Shown here: in pieces, positions 8,516 through 17,837 of the stretch
Layout of the letters: each line of letters begins with the position of its first letter
Position numbering within the stretch: the first letter of the stretch is position 1
DNA from: an uncultured Gammaproteobacteria bacterium
GTDB taxonomy: Bacteria > Patescibacteriota > Patescibacteriia > XYB2-FULL-38-15
Direction: 5' to 3'
NCBI GenBank assembly: GCA_965231095.1
Contig: OZ246416.1
Span: 805,595 to 869,594, forward strand
Length of the DNA stretch: 64,000 bases
Made by a program: the position numbers and the translations under genes
The notes under the pieces: model-generated
Seen by the model: only the letters and a program-made list of their open reading frames with translations
What the model was told of the DNA's origin: nothing
Database searches by the model: none

Positions 8516-9166
8516 ATGACAATAACTTGGCTTGGACAATCTTGTTTTAAAATCCAAATTGGCGACGTGACACTCGTTACCGATCCGTATGGCGCAGAGG
8601 TTGGTTTTAAATTGCCGCGCTTGACAGCGGATATCGTAACGGTGAGCCACGACCACTTTGACCATAATAATGTTGAGGGAGTTTCCGGTCCGGAAGGCGC
8701 CGCGCCGTTTGTTATTTCCAGCGCGGGAGAGTTTGAAGTAAAAGGAGTTTTTGTTTATGGAAATTCTTTTTGGCATGATAAAGAAGAGGGAAAAGAGCGC
8801 GGGGGGAATATCGCTTATTGCATTGAGGCCGAAGGAATTTCTTTGGCACACCTCGGGGATTTGGGGCATGAATTAAATGAAGAACAAATAGAAAAACTGG
8901 ATGGGATTGATATTCTTTTTGTTCCGGTTGGAGGGAAATACACGCTCGGTGCCTCCGAGGCGGTTAAAGTTATAAACGAAATAGAGCCGCGAATTGTTAT
9001 TCCTATGCATTATAAAATTCCGGGTTTGAAAGTTGACGTTGAAGCCGTGGACAAATTTTTAAAAGAGATGGGCGCGAGTAAGGCGGAAAAATTGCCCAAA
9101 TTAAAAATTTCCAAAAAAGATTTGCCGCAAGAAGAAACAAAAGTTATTCTTTTGGAAAAAGGATAG
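8516..9166 (+). CDS. MBL-fold metal-dependent hydrolase (UPF0173-like)
   Basis: HxHxDH metal-binding motif (VSHDHFDH) and a beta-lactamase-fold sequence pattern. 216 aa. Confidence 0.8.
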   Translation: MTITWLGQSCFKIQIGDVTLVTDPYGAEVGFKLPRLTADIVTVSHDHFDHNNVEGVSGPEGAAPFVISSAGEFEVKGVFVYGNSFWHDKEEGKERGGNIAYCIEAEGISLAHLGDLGHELNEEQIEKLDGIDILFVPVGGKYTLGASEAVKVINEIEPRIVIPMHYKIPGLKVDVEAVDKFLKEMGASKAEKLPKLKISKKDLPQEETKVILLEKG

Positions 9167-9169
9167 TCT

Positions 9170-9757
9170 ATGGAAAAAGTTTTGAAAAAAAGTAAAAAAA
9201 TTGTTCGTAAAAAATCAGGGAGGAAGGAAGTGGAGATCCCCGTTTTTGTGATTAGTAAAAAAGAAAAAGCGGCAGCGAAAGCAGAAGAAAAAAAATTTGG
9301 AATTTTTAAGGATGGAGATAATTTGCCGGTTTTTAAGAATTTTTTCCCCGGGACCCCGGACGAAGAAAAAAACGGTTTAGAAGAAAAAACATATAAAAAA
9401 GAAGCCGAAGTTTTGGTTTATAAAAAAGAAAGTTTAAGAAAGAAATCGCTCTTGCCCGAATTGCCTAGAAAGATTATAATGTGGGCAAGTGTCGCGGTTT
9501 TTGCGTGCTTGATTTTTTTTATATGGTTTTCCGGTTTGAAAAATAATTTTTCCGGATGGTTTGGTTCCGCGAGTTATACCTTCGCCCGCCAGGGAGAAAT
9601 TTTAGAAGAAGTGGGTAACGGCGCGGAAGAAGTAAACAATGAAGCCGCCGTTTCGGAGGAAGCGGGACAGGAAGGCGATGGCGTGGACGGGAAAGAAATT
9701 TTGGATCAAATTAAAGAGAAAATTTTAGTTGAAGAATTGAAAAACAAATTAGAATAA
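9170..9757 (+). CDS. hypothetical membrane-anchored protein (single TM)
   Basis: Lys-rich N-terminus, one hydrophobic segment (IIMWASVAVFACLIFFIWF) and an acidic C-terminus. Confidence 0.45.
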   Translation: MEKVLKKSKKIVRKKSGRKEVEIPVFVISKKEKAAAKAEEKKFGIFKDGDNLPVFKNFFPGTPDEEKNGLEEKTYKKEAEVLVYKKESLRKKSLLPELPRKIIMWASVAVFACLIFFIWFSGLKNNFSGWFGSASYTFARQGEILEEVGNGAEEVNNEAAVSEEAGQEGDGVDGKEILDQIKEKILVEELKNKLE

Positions 9758-9763
9758 AATATC

Positions 9764-12256
9764 ATGGCCAAAGAAAAAAAGAAAATTACAGAAGAAAAAA
9801 AAGCGCTGCCGACCCTCGCTAAAGTTTTGCCTTGCAATATTGAAAAAGAAGCGCAGGAATCATATTTGGATTATGCCATGTCGGTTATTATCGCCCGCGC
9901 TCTTCCTGATGTTCGCGATGGATTAAAGCCGGTGCACCGAAGAATTTTATACGCGATGTGGGATGTGGGTTTGAAACCGGGGGCGAAATTCAGAAAATCG
10001 GCGACAGTGGTCGGTGAAGTTTTGGGTAAATATCATCCGCACGGCGACGTGGCGGTTTACGATTCTATGGTTCGCATGGCCCAAGATTTTGCCATGCGCT
10101 ACCCTTTGGTTTGGGGCCAAGGAAACTTCGGCTCAATGGATGGCGACGCTCCGGCCGCGATGCGTTATACTGAAGCGAAGCTCGCGAGGATTTCCGAAGA
10201 AATTTTATTTGATATTGAAAAAGATACTGTTAATTTTATTCCAAACTACGACGGTTCGCACAAAGAACCGCAGGTAATGCCGGCTCGGTTGCCCAATCTT
10301 CTTTTAAACGGCACGGTGGGTATCGCGGTTGGTATGGCGACAAATATTCCGCCGCATAATTTAAGCGAAATCTGCGACGGAGTTACGCATTTGATTGAAC
10401 ATCCGGATTGTGACGTTGAAGAATTGTGCGAATTTGTTAAAGGTCCGGATTTTCCGACTGGCGGCATTATATATGACGTGGCGGCGATTAAACAAACTTA
10501 CGCTACGGGCAAGGGGCCGATTGTGATGCGCGCCAAAACGGAAATTGTGGAAGACAAGGCCGGCCAGTTTAAAATAATTGTTTCCGAAGTTCCTTTTCAG
10601 GTAAACAAAGCCACCCTCCTTGAAAAAATCGCCACGCTCGTTAAAGATAAAAAGATAGAAGGGATCCGTGACCTTCGCGATGAGTCAAACAAAGAAGGCG
10701 TGCGCGTTGTTATTGAACTTAAAAAAGATTCTTATCCCAAGAAAATTCTAAACCAGCTTTTTGACATGACGCAATTGCAGGATTCTTTTCATGTAAATAT
10801 GCTGGCGTTGGTGGACGGAATCCAGCCGAAAGTTTTGAATTTAAAAATGATTTTGGAATATTATTTGGCGCACCGGAAGGAAGTAATCCGCCGCCGGACG
10901 GAATTTGAATTAAATCGCGCCAAAGACCGCGCACATATTTTGAAAGGTTTGAAAATCGCCCTTGACAATATTGATGCAGTCATTAAATTGATAAAAAAAT
11001 CAAAAGATAAGGAAGAGGCCAAGGTTAATTTGATGAAGCAGTTTAAGCTGACGGAAGTTCAGGCCGTGGCGATTTTAGAAATGAAATTGCAGCAACTCGC
11101 GAATCTTGAGAGAACAAGAATTGAACAAGAGTTGAAGGAGAAAATGGCGCTGATTAAAGAGTTGGAAGAAATTTTGGCTTCGCCCAAAAGAATTCTTGGT
11201 TTGATTAAAAAAGACATTGAAGAAATAAAAGCGAAATACGGCGACGAAAGAAAAACACAAATTGTTGCTCACGCGGTAAAAGATTTTTCCGTGGAAGATC
11301 TGATCCCGAACGAATCAACGATTATTGTGGTGACCGCCGACGGTTATATCAAACGTCTTCCTCCGGAAACTTTCCGAACGCAAAGCCGCGGCGGTAAAGG
11401 GGTAATGGGACTTACGACTAAAGAAGAGGATACGGTCGAGCACTTGATTTCTACAACTACTCATCTTGATTTATTATTTTTCACGACGCGCGGCAGAGTT
11501 TTTCAATTGAAAGCTTATGATATTCCGGCAGCTTCCCGAACTTCAAAAGGCCAGGCGCTCGTCAATTTCTTACAGCTCGCTCCGGAAGAAAAAATTTCCG
11601 CGATTCTTTCCGTTAAAGAACTTGGTGAAGCCGACTTTAAATATTTAGTGATGGTGACGCGCGCCGGGGTGATTAAAAAAGTTGATTTGAAAGATTTTGA
11701 TAATGTCCGCCGCTCGGGTTTGATTGCCATAAAATTGAAAGACGGGGATCGTCTGGAATGGGTGAAGCCGTCTTCGGGAAATGATGAAATAATTTTGATT
11801 ACGGCGGTTGGCCAAGCTATTCGTTTCAGAGAAAAAAATGTCCGGGCAATGGGGCGCGCCGCAACCGGCGTTCGCGGCATCCGTTTGAAAGGAAAAGATG
11901 AAGTGATTGGAATGGATGTGATTGATCCGGCACTTGTGACAAAAAATTTGCTTGATTTATTTGTCTTAATGGAAAACGGTTTTGGAAAAAGAACAAATCT
12001 CAAAAATTATAAAATTCAGGGACGCGGCGGTTCGGGCATTAAAACCGCGAAGACAACGCCGAAGACCGGAAAAATAATTTCAGGATTTATTACTTCAAGC
12101 AAAGATGAAAGAGATTTGATTATTATTTCCAAATATGGACAGGTAATCAGGTTGCCGTTCAAGAGCGTTTCCACTTTGGGGCGCGCGACGCAAGGCGTGC
12201 GCTTGATGAGATTTAAAGAAGCGGACGACCGAGCGGCGAGCGTGACGTTTGTATAA
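9764..12256 (+). CDS. gyrA: DNA gyrase subunit A
   Basis: [28 protein letters not shown], the catalytic Tyr region, and C-terminal beta-pinwheel repeats. 830 aa. Confidence 0.95.
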   Translation: MAKEKKKITEEKKALPTLAKVLPCNIEKEAQESYLDYAMSVIIARALPDVRDGLKPVHRRILYAMWDVGLKPGAKFRKSATVVGEVLGKYHPHGDVAVYDSMVRMAQDFAMRYPLVWGQGNFGSMDGDAPAAMRYTEAKLARISEEILFDIEKDTVNFIPNYDGSHKEPQVMPARLPNLLLNGTVGIAVGMATNIPPHNLSEICDGVTHLIEHPDCDVEELCEFVKGPDFPTGGIIYDVAAIKQTYATGKGPIVMRAKTEIVEDKAGQFKIIVSEVPFQVNKATLLEKIATLVKDKKIEGIRDLRDESNKEGVRVVIELKKDSYPKKILNQLFDMTQLQDSFHVNMLALVDGIQPKVLNLKMILEYYLAHRKEVIRRRTEFELNRAKDRAHILKGLKIALDNIDAVIKLIKKSKDKEEAKVNLMKQFKLTEVQAVAILEMKLQQLANLERTRIEQELKEKMALIKELEEILASPKRILGLIKKDIEEIKAKYGDERKTQIVAHAVKDFSVEDLIPNESTIIVVTADGYIKRLPPETFRTQSRGGKGVMGLTTKEEDTVEHLISTTTHLDLLFFTTRGRVFQLKAYDIPAASRTSKGQALVNFLQLAPEEKISAILSVKELGEADFKYLVMVTRAGVIKKVDLKDFDNVRRSGLIAIKLKDGDRLEWVKPSSGNDEIILITAVGQAIRFREKNVRAMGRAATGVRGIRLKGKDEVIGMDVIDPALVTKNLLDLFVLMENGFGKRTNLKNYKIQGRGGSGIKTAKTTPKTGKIISGFITSSKDERDLIIISKYGQVIRLPFKSVSTLGRATQGVRLMRFKEADDRAASVTFV

Positions 12257-12292
12257 TTAAAAATTTTAAATCATAAATCTTAAATAAAAAAT

Positions 12293-12493
12293 ATGGCACT
12301 ACCAGGTCATAGGAGAACTAGTTCTCACAAAAGAAGAAGAGCGGCCCACTTTGCCTTGAAAAAGACAAATCTTTCCGTTTGTCCAAAATGCAAAAAACCG
12401 GTGCTGTCCCACCATCTTTGCAAATCATGCGGGACTTACGCCGGCCGCGAAGTCGTAAAAATGAGAACGCCGAAGAAGAAAAAAACAAAATAA
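12293..12493 (+). CDS. rpmF: 50S ribosomal protein L32
   Basis: MALPGHRRTSSHKRRRAAH...CPKC...HHLCKSCGTY matches L32 with its zinc ribbon. Confidence 0.8.
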   Translation: MALPGHRRTSSHKRRRAAHFALKKTNLSVCPKCKKPVLSHHLCKSCGTYAGREVVKMRTPKKKKTK

Positions 12494-12523
12494 CAATTGA
12501 GTAATTTATTGTTTTTTGAAAAT

Positions 12524-13003
12524 ATGGCAAATAGACATCTTGCCAGAACCATTGCCCTCCAAACACTTTACGAGTGGGATTTTATGGGGGAGAAGGAGGC
12601 GGCGACGCGTGTTGCCGCCAAAAAAAATCTCAAAGAGTTTGCTCCAAAATTTAATGAGAATGATTTTGTTATTGAATTGGTGGACGGCGTGGTGGAGAAT
12701 AGAAAAGAAATAGATAAGTTGATAAAAAAATACGCGCCCGAGTGGCCGATTGAAAAAATAACCTTGATTGATCGGAATGTTTTACGGCTGGGAATTTATG
12801 AATTGAAATTCGCCGAGGCAAAAGACGGGAAAACCGTGCCACCGCGCGTCGTGATCAACGAAGCGATTGAACTTGCCAAGGCTTTTGGTAGCGGTTCCTC
12901 GGGAAAATTCGTGAATGGAGTTTTGGGGGCGATTTATAAAGACGCGTTGGCGGCGGGAGAAATAAAAGAGGAGGAGGAAAAAAATAAAAAAGATAAAAAA
13001 TAA
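12524..13003 (+). CDS. nusB: transcription antitermination factor NusB
   Basis: MANRHLARTIALQTLYEWDF... is NusB-family. The track start at 12497 is a TTG; ATG at 12524 is preferred. Confidence 0.8.
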   Translation: MANRHLARTIALQTLYEWDFMGEKEAATRVAAKKNLKEFAPKFNENDFVIELVDGVVENRKEIDKLIKKYAPEWPIEKITLIDRNVLRLGIYELKFAEAKDGKTVPPRVVINEAIELAKAFGSGSSGKFVNGVLGAIYKDALAAGEIKEEEEKNKKDKK

Positions 13004-13004
13004 T

Positions 13005-13036
13005 ACATTGTTAAATTGTTACATTGTTAAATTGTC
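13005..13036. repeat. tandem 16-nt direct repeat (acattgttaaattgtt x2) upstream of rnc
   Basis: Two adjacent near-identical copies in the nusB-rnc intergenic region. Confidence 0.6.
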
Positions 13037-13079
13037 CAAAAAAGCAATTTAGCCATGTAACCATTCAGCAATTTAAGTT

Positions 13080-13775
13080 ATGAAAGACTTTTCCAAATTG
13101 GAGGAAAAGATCGGCGTGAAATTTAAAAATATAGAAATTTTGATGCAGGCGGCGGTCCATCGTTCTTACTTAAATGAAAATCCCGGATTTAAATTGGCGC
13201 ACAACGAACGGTTGGAATTTTTAGGCGATGCCGTGCTGGAACTTGTGGTGACAGAATATCTTTATCAAGGTTATCCAAACCCGGAAGGGGAGCTGACCAA
13301 CTGGCGGGCGAGTCTCGTGAACGCGAAAATGTTGTCCGAGATTGCCAAAGAAATTGGCATTGAAGAATTTCTTTATTTGAGCAAAGGAGAATCAAAAGAA
13401 GCGGCCGAGTCAAAAGCCAGGCAATATATTTTAGCCAACGCTTTCGAGGCGCTGGTTGGCGCGATTTATCTTGATCAGGGTTATATTGTTTCTCGAGATT
13501 TTCTCAAGAAATTTTTGATCATTAAACTGGCGTATATTTTGGAACACGAATTATATCTTGATCCAAAAAGCAAATTTCAAGAAATTACCCAAGAAAAATG
13601 CGGCGTGACGCCGACTTACAAAGTTTTGGAAGAAACCGGTCCGGATCACGCGAAAATTTTTAAAGTGGGAGTTTATTTGGAAAAAGAATTGGTGGCGATG
13701 GGGGAGGGGTCGAGTAAACAAGAAGCGCAGGTTGAAGCCGCGAACGCCGCCTTGAAAACAAAAAAGTGGTCATAG
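13080..13775 (+). CDS. rnc: ribonuclease III
   Basis: RNase III signature ERLEFLGDAVLELVVTEYLY plus a C-terminal dsRBD. Confidence 0.9.
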   Translation: MKDFSKLEEKIGVKFKNIEILMQAAVHRSYLNENPGFKLAHNERLEFLGDAVLELVVTEYLYQGYPNPEGELTNWRASLVNAKMLSEIAKEIGIEEFLYLSKGESKEAAESKARQYILANAFEALVGAIYLDQGYIVSRDFLKKFLIIKLAYILEHELYLDPKSKFQEITQEKCGVTPTYKVLEETGPDHAKIFKVGVYLEKELVAMGEGSSKQEAQVEAANAALKTKKWS

Positions 13776-13949
13776 CATAATGATATTGAAAATGGCGGGA
13801 TATTTTTCCCGCCGTTTGCGTCTTGAAAGTTTTTAGTATTGATGATATTCTGATAAATCGGTTATTATGCGGCCACAGGTGGCTTTAAAATTTTTGCATC
13901 GCAGAGAGCTTATCCGTATTCATTAAAAAATTGCGGGTAGTCAGAATAA

Positions 13950-14021
13950 GCCCTTGTAGCTCAATGGATAGAGTACTGGTCTTCGAAACCAGTGATCCAG
14001 GTTCGAATCCTGGCGAGGGCA
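13950..14021 (+). tRNA. tRNA-Arg (anticodon TCG)
   Basis: Cloverleaf: acceptor gcccttg/cgagggc, anticodon arm ctggt-cTTCGaa-accag, T-arm ccagg-ttcgaat-cctgg. No encoded CCA. Confidence 0.85.
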
Positions 14022-14047
14022 TTTTAGGAAAATTAAATAAAATATTT

Positions 14048-14120
14048 GCGCCCATAGCTCAATTGGCAGAGCAGATCCCTCTTAAGGATAAGGTTACAGG
14101 TTCGATTCCTGTTGGGCGCA
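14048..14120 (+). tRNA. tRNA-Lys (anticodon CTT)
   Basis: Acceptor gcgccca/tgggcgc, anticodon loop ctCTTaa, T-arm acagg-ttcgatt-cctgt. Confidence 0.85.
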
Positions 14121-14183
14121 TTTTGTTTTTGTTGACAAGGTGGAAAAGTGGTATAATGGATAAAAGTAATTAAATTAAAATCT

Positions 14184-14654
14184 ATGAAAAAAAATCACGG
14201 CTTCACCCTGATTGAATTATTAATCGTCGTCGGAATTATCGCTTTTTTGGCTTCGGCGATTTTTATCGCCGTTGATCCGGCGAAAAGATTTGCCGAGTCC
14301 CGTAACGCCCGCCGCTGGACAGATACTTCAGCGGTCTTGGAAGCAGTCCTTCAATACGCCGTGGACGAAGACGGGACATTGCCCCCGAAAATTGATGATG
14401 TCACCTCCACTGTGCAAATTTTGGGGACAAACGCGAGCGGTTGTGACGTTGGGTGTGCGGGAAAACCGTCGGCTGTAAGTTGTCTTGATTTGAGCGAGGT
14501 TTTGATTCCAAAATATTTAGGGCTTATTCCTTATGATCCGTATACCGGTTCGGCCGCGTTCACGGATTATTACGTTAACAGATCACAAACCGGACGGATT
14601 GAAGTCGGGTCATGCGATCCGGAACTTGGCGCGACGATTTTCGTCAGCCGGTAA
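14184..14654 (+). CDS. type IV pilin / pseudopilin (prepilin-type N-terminal cleavage/methylation domain)
   Basis: MKKNHGFTLIELLIVVGIIAFLASAI is the class III signal peptide with G-F-T-L-I-E motif. 156 aa. Confidence 0.75.
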   Translation: MKKNHGFTLIELLIVVGIIAFLASAIFIAVDPAKRFAESRNARRWTDTSAVLEAVLQYAVDEDGTLPPKIDDVTSTVQILGTNASGCDVGCAGKPSAVSCLDLSEVLIPKYLGLIPYDPYTGSAAFTDYYVNRSQTGRIEVGSCDPELGATIFVSR

Positions 14655-14714
14655 TAAAAAATAATTTAAAGTTTAAAATACTCCGAAAATCTCGGGGTAT
14701 TTTTGTAAAACAAA

Positions 14715-14734
14715 CCCCGCCCTTGCGGGCGGGG
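14715..14734. terminator. GC hairpin terminator (ccccgccc-ttgc-gggcgggg), T-rich on the minus side (hup)
   Basis: Perfect 8-bp GC stem. The minus strand continues with TTTGTTTT downstream of hup. Confidence 0.6.
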
Positions 14735-14762
14735 AAAGCTTCTAGAAGCGAATAGACAAAAT

Positions 14763-15038
14763 TTATCTTAAAGCATCCTTCAAAGATTTTCCTGCTTTAA
14801 ACTTCGGAACGGTCATAGCCGGGATTTGAATTTTTTCTCCCGGTTTTTTCGGGTTCACGCCCATTCTGGCCGCTCTCTTTTTTGCCGAGAAGGTGCCAAA
14901 ACCGGTCAAAGTAACTTCACCACCGGATTTTAAAGTTGAGGTGACGGTCTCCATAAAGGTTTCCATCATTTTGTCAGCAGTTGTCTTTGGAACTTCCAGG
15001 GCGACGGCGATTTTTTCAATTAATTCTGCTTTTGTCAT
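14763..15038 (-). CDS. hup: DNA-binding protein HU
   Basis: MTKAELIEKIA...GFGTF...R..R.GRNP.T is HU/IHF-family. The SD GGGGGTG sits 7 nt upstream of the ATG at 15038. The longer track ORF is read-through of the RBS. Confidence 0.85.
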   Translation of the reverse strand: MTKAELIEKIAVALEVPKTTADKMMETFMETVTSTLKSGGEVTLTGFGTFSAKKRAARMGVNPKKPGEKIQIPAMTVPKFKAGKSLKDALR

Positions 15039-15065
15039 GTCTTCACCCCCTTTCAAATAAAAAGA

Positions 15066-15863
15066 TTATATTTTAACTTCTTCTTTTATTTTTTTGATTT
15101 TTTTGGCCAATTTTGTTTTGGGATCAATTTCTAAATAAATCGCGTTCACTGTACAGATTCCTTCCTCGGGAATTTCATGAGCCTCTGAAATTTGCGTCAA
15201 GAAGGTTTTTAATATTCCTTTTTTGTCTACGCCCAAAATTGAATCTTTGGCGCCGACCATACCAACGTCTGTCACAAATCCGGTGCCGCCAGGGAGAATT
15301 TGCCAGTCATCAGTACCAACGTGAGTGTGCGTTCCCAAGACCGCGGAAACTCGCCCGTCCAAATATCGGGCCAGGCCATTTTTTTCCGAAGTGGCTTCGG
15401 CGTGGAAATCAACAATAACTGCCGAAAGATTTTCATCTCCAAATTCTTCCAGAATTTCGTCGGCTCCGCGGAACGGGCAGTCGTATTGGCTTTTCAAAAA
15501 AACTCTTCCCATCAAGTTTATCACAAGAATTTTTTTCGTGCCAATCTCAAACAATTTCGCCCCGGCCCCCGGAGCGTCAGGCGGATAATTTGCCGGACGG
15601 ATGAGCATGGAATTTTTATCTTCCAAAATTCCGATGGCTTCTTTTTTATCAAAAGCATGATCACCGGAAGTGAAGAAATCAACGCCGGCGTCCGCGAGTT
15701 CTTTTAAAGTTTTTTCCGTGATGCCCGTGCCGTGCGCGATATTTTCCACGTTGGCAATAACCAAATCAGGATCAAGTTTTTTTCGGATAGTCGGCAAAAT
15801 TTTCGCGACGGCAGTTCGTCCGATTCGGCCGGAAACATCGCCGAAGAATAATATTTTTAACAT
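15066..15863 (-). CDS. ymdB: YmdB-family metallophosphoesterase (2',3'-cyclic-nucleotide phosphodiesterase-like)
   Basis: MLKILFFGDVSGRIGR... and GDHAFD/GTHTHV metal-binding motifs. Sits immediately downstream of rny as in Firmicutes. Confidence 0.8.
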   Translation of the reverse strand: MLKILFFGDVSGRIGRTAVAKILPTIRKKLDPDLVIANVENIAHGTGITEKTLKELADAGVDFFTSGDHAFDKKEAIGILEDKNSMLIRPANYPPDAPGAGAKLFEIGTKKILVINLMGRVFLKSQYDCPFRGADEILEEFGDENLSAVIVDFHAEATSEKNGLARYLDGRVSAVLGTHTHVGTDDWQILPGGTGFVTDVGMVGAKDSILGVDKKGILKTFLTQISEAHEIPEEGICTVNAIYLEIDPKTKLAKKIKKIKEEVKI

Positions 15864-15866
15864 ATA

Positions 15867-17384
15867 TTAGCGTGCGTACTCAATAATTCTTTTTTCTCTG
15901 ATAACGTTAACTTTTATTTCACCCGGGTATTTTAATTCTTCCTCAATTTTTTTAGCAATTGCTTGAGCCAGTTTCAAGGCGGCTAAATCATCAATTTTAT
16001 CCGGCGCGACAAAAACTCTGATCTCGCGGCCGGCTTGAATGGCGTAAGCTTTTTCAATGCCGTCAAAAGAGGTCGCCACTTTTTCCAAATCTTCCAATCT
16101 TTGCAAGTAATGTTCGTAAGTGTCTTTTCTTGCTCCCGGTCTCGCGCCCGAAATTGCGTCGGCCACTTTAACGATAATGGCTTCAAGAGTTGGCGGTGCG
16201 TCTTCATGATGCGTGGCGATTGGGATAATAATTTCTTCCGGCAAGTTGAATTTTTTGGCGATGTCTTTGCCGATTTCCGGATGGGTGCCGGTCACTTCAT
16301 GGTCAACCGCCTTACCGATGTCGTGGAGCAATCCCGCTTTTTTGGCGACAGTAACATTGGCGCCAAGCTCTTCGGCCAAAAGCGCCGAGAGGTGGGCAAC
16401 TTCAACCGAGTGTTTTAAGGCATTTTGCCCATAGCTTGTGCGGTATTTTAATCTTCCTAAAACTTGAACTAATTTTGGATCAAGTCCGGCCACGCCCAGT
16501 TCGTAAACTGCTTCTTCGCCGGCTTTTTTAATATCAATCGCCAAATCTTTTTTGGCTTGTTCCACTGCTTCTTCAATTCGGCCCGGATGAATTCTTCCGT
16601 CCAAAATCAATTTTTCCAAGGCGCGTTTGGCAACGTGCCGTCTGATCGGGCTGAAGCCGGAAACAGTAATCGCTTCTGGGGTGTCATCAACAATAATTTC
16701 CGTGCCGGTAAGTTGTTCAATGGTTTTAATATTTCTTCCTTCACGTCCGATAATTCTTCCTTTCATTTCGTCCGATGGAAGAGGAACGGTTGTAGTCGTA
16801 GTTTCTGTCGCGTGCGAGGAGGCGCAACGCTCAATTGCCAAAGATAAAAGGTCCCGCGCTTTTTTGTCGAGGACCTCGCTTGATTCTCTTTCCAATTTAT
16901 TGATGCGATTAACAAGTTCCGCCTGGATTCCTTTTTCCGCTTTATCAAAAAGCAGCTGCTTGGCTTCTTCGCGATTCAGTCCGGCGATTTGTTCCAATCT
17001 CGCCAATTGATCCTCTTTTATTTTTTGAATCTCGCCTTTTACTTTTTCAATTTGGTTGGCGCGGTCGTAGAGTTTCTGTTGTTTTTCCTGGAGCTCAAGA
17101 AGTTTTTGGTCAAAAAGCGACTCGCGCTTTTCCAATCTTTTTTGCGCGGCTTGTAATTCTTGCCGGCGATCTTCTTCCTCTTTTTTTGCGTTATCAATTA
17201 CTTGGATTGCTTTGTCTCTCGCCTGAAGGAGCAATTCCCGTTGTTTGGTTCTGGTTTCCGCCAGTAATTTTTCCGCCTTTTCTTCAACTGATCCGGCCAG
17301 CCTTTTGGCCAGGAGTTTTCTTAGAAAGTAACCAGCGGCCGTTCCGGCAATCAATATAGCCGCGATCCAAAATGGATTTTGCAT
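15867..17384 (-). CDS. rny: ribonuclease Y
   Basis: N-terminal TM segment, coiled coil, KH domain (GRIIGREGRNI) and HD domain (LLHDIGKAVDHE...THHED). Confidence 0.9.
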   Translation of the reverse strand: MQNPFWIAAILIAGTAAGYFLRKLLAKRLAGSVEEKAEKLLAETRTKQRELLLQARDKAIQVIDNAKKEEEDRRQELQAAQKRLEKRESLFDQKLLELQEKQQKLYDRANQIEKVKGEIQKIKEDQLARLEQIAGLNREEAKQLLFDKAEKGIQAELVNRINKLERESSEVLDKKARDLLSLAIERCASSHATETTTTTVPLPSDEMKGRIIGREGRNIKTIEQLTGTEIIVDDTPEAITVSGFSPIRRHVAKRALEKLILDGRIHPGRIEEAVEQAKKDLAIDIKKAGEEAVYELGVAGLDPKLVQVLGRLKYRTSYGQNALKHSVEVAHLSALLAEELGANVTVAKKAGLLHDIGKAVDHEVTGTHPEIGKDIAKKFNLPEEIIIPIATHHEDAPPTLEAIIVKVADAISGARPGARKDTYEHYLQRLEDLEKVATSFDGIEKAYAIQAGREIRVFVAPDKIDDLAALKLAQAIAKKIEEELKYPGEIKVNVIREKRIIEYAR

Positions 17385-17641
17385 AAGACTTTAACAGCAA
17401 ATCACAAACCAAAGGTGAATCGTATAAAGAATTCATCTTGATTAAATTTTCGTCTTCCGAATTCAGAATAAGCTTTTTGAGATTGTTTGACATCTTAAAT
17501 ATAATCAAAATTTCCGATTGTTTCCGATGCTTATGATTTGCCTAGGTTTAAATTAAATTATACTTCGGCCAGAGCTACTCTAGCCTTAGCTTGAAGTATT
17601 TTTATCGTATCATAAAAGAGGATTTTTGGCAAGAGAGCTGG

Positions 17642-17712
17642 CCCGGGGATCTAGAAATCTGGATTTTCGCCCGCCGTGCTGACGAGGCAGGCTTTCGCGG
17701 GAAGGACAAGCG
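17642..17712. repeat. conserved bipartite intergenic motif, copy B (with a 22-nt loop insertion relative to copy A)
   Basis: cccggggatctagaaatctggatt ... ctttcgcgggaaggacaagcg, in the rny/infB divergent region. Confidence 0.6.
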
Positions 17713-17837
17713 GGGAGAAACTCGCCCCGTGCCTTTTGACTAAACATCAATCGGCGCGGGGATTTTTTTATTTAATGTTTGACAAAAACTAAAAAAAATA
17801 GTAAGTTACAAGAACCCGAGAGGGTTAACTTAATCAC

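Noticed and set aside
12497-12523. TTG/GTG-initiated track starts for nusB (12497), trxA (19950), eno (33349), fusA (36815), rpmC (45760) and adk (51748), which overlap upstream stop codons.
   Set aside because: In each case a nearby in-frame ATG gives an N-terminus matching the family consensus. The upstream extensions read through the preceding gene's stop region.
13931-14173. 80-aa plus-strand ORF spanning the tRNA-Arg and tRNA-Lys genes.
   Set aside because: It translates through two well-formed tRNA cloverleaves, so it is a spurious ORF.
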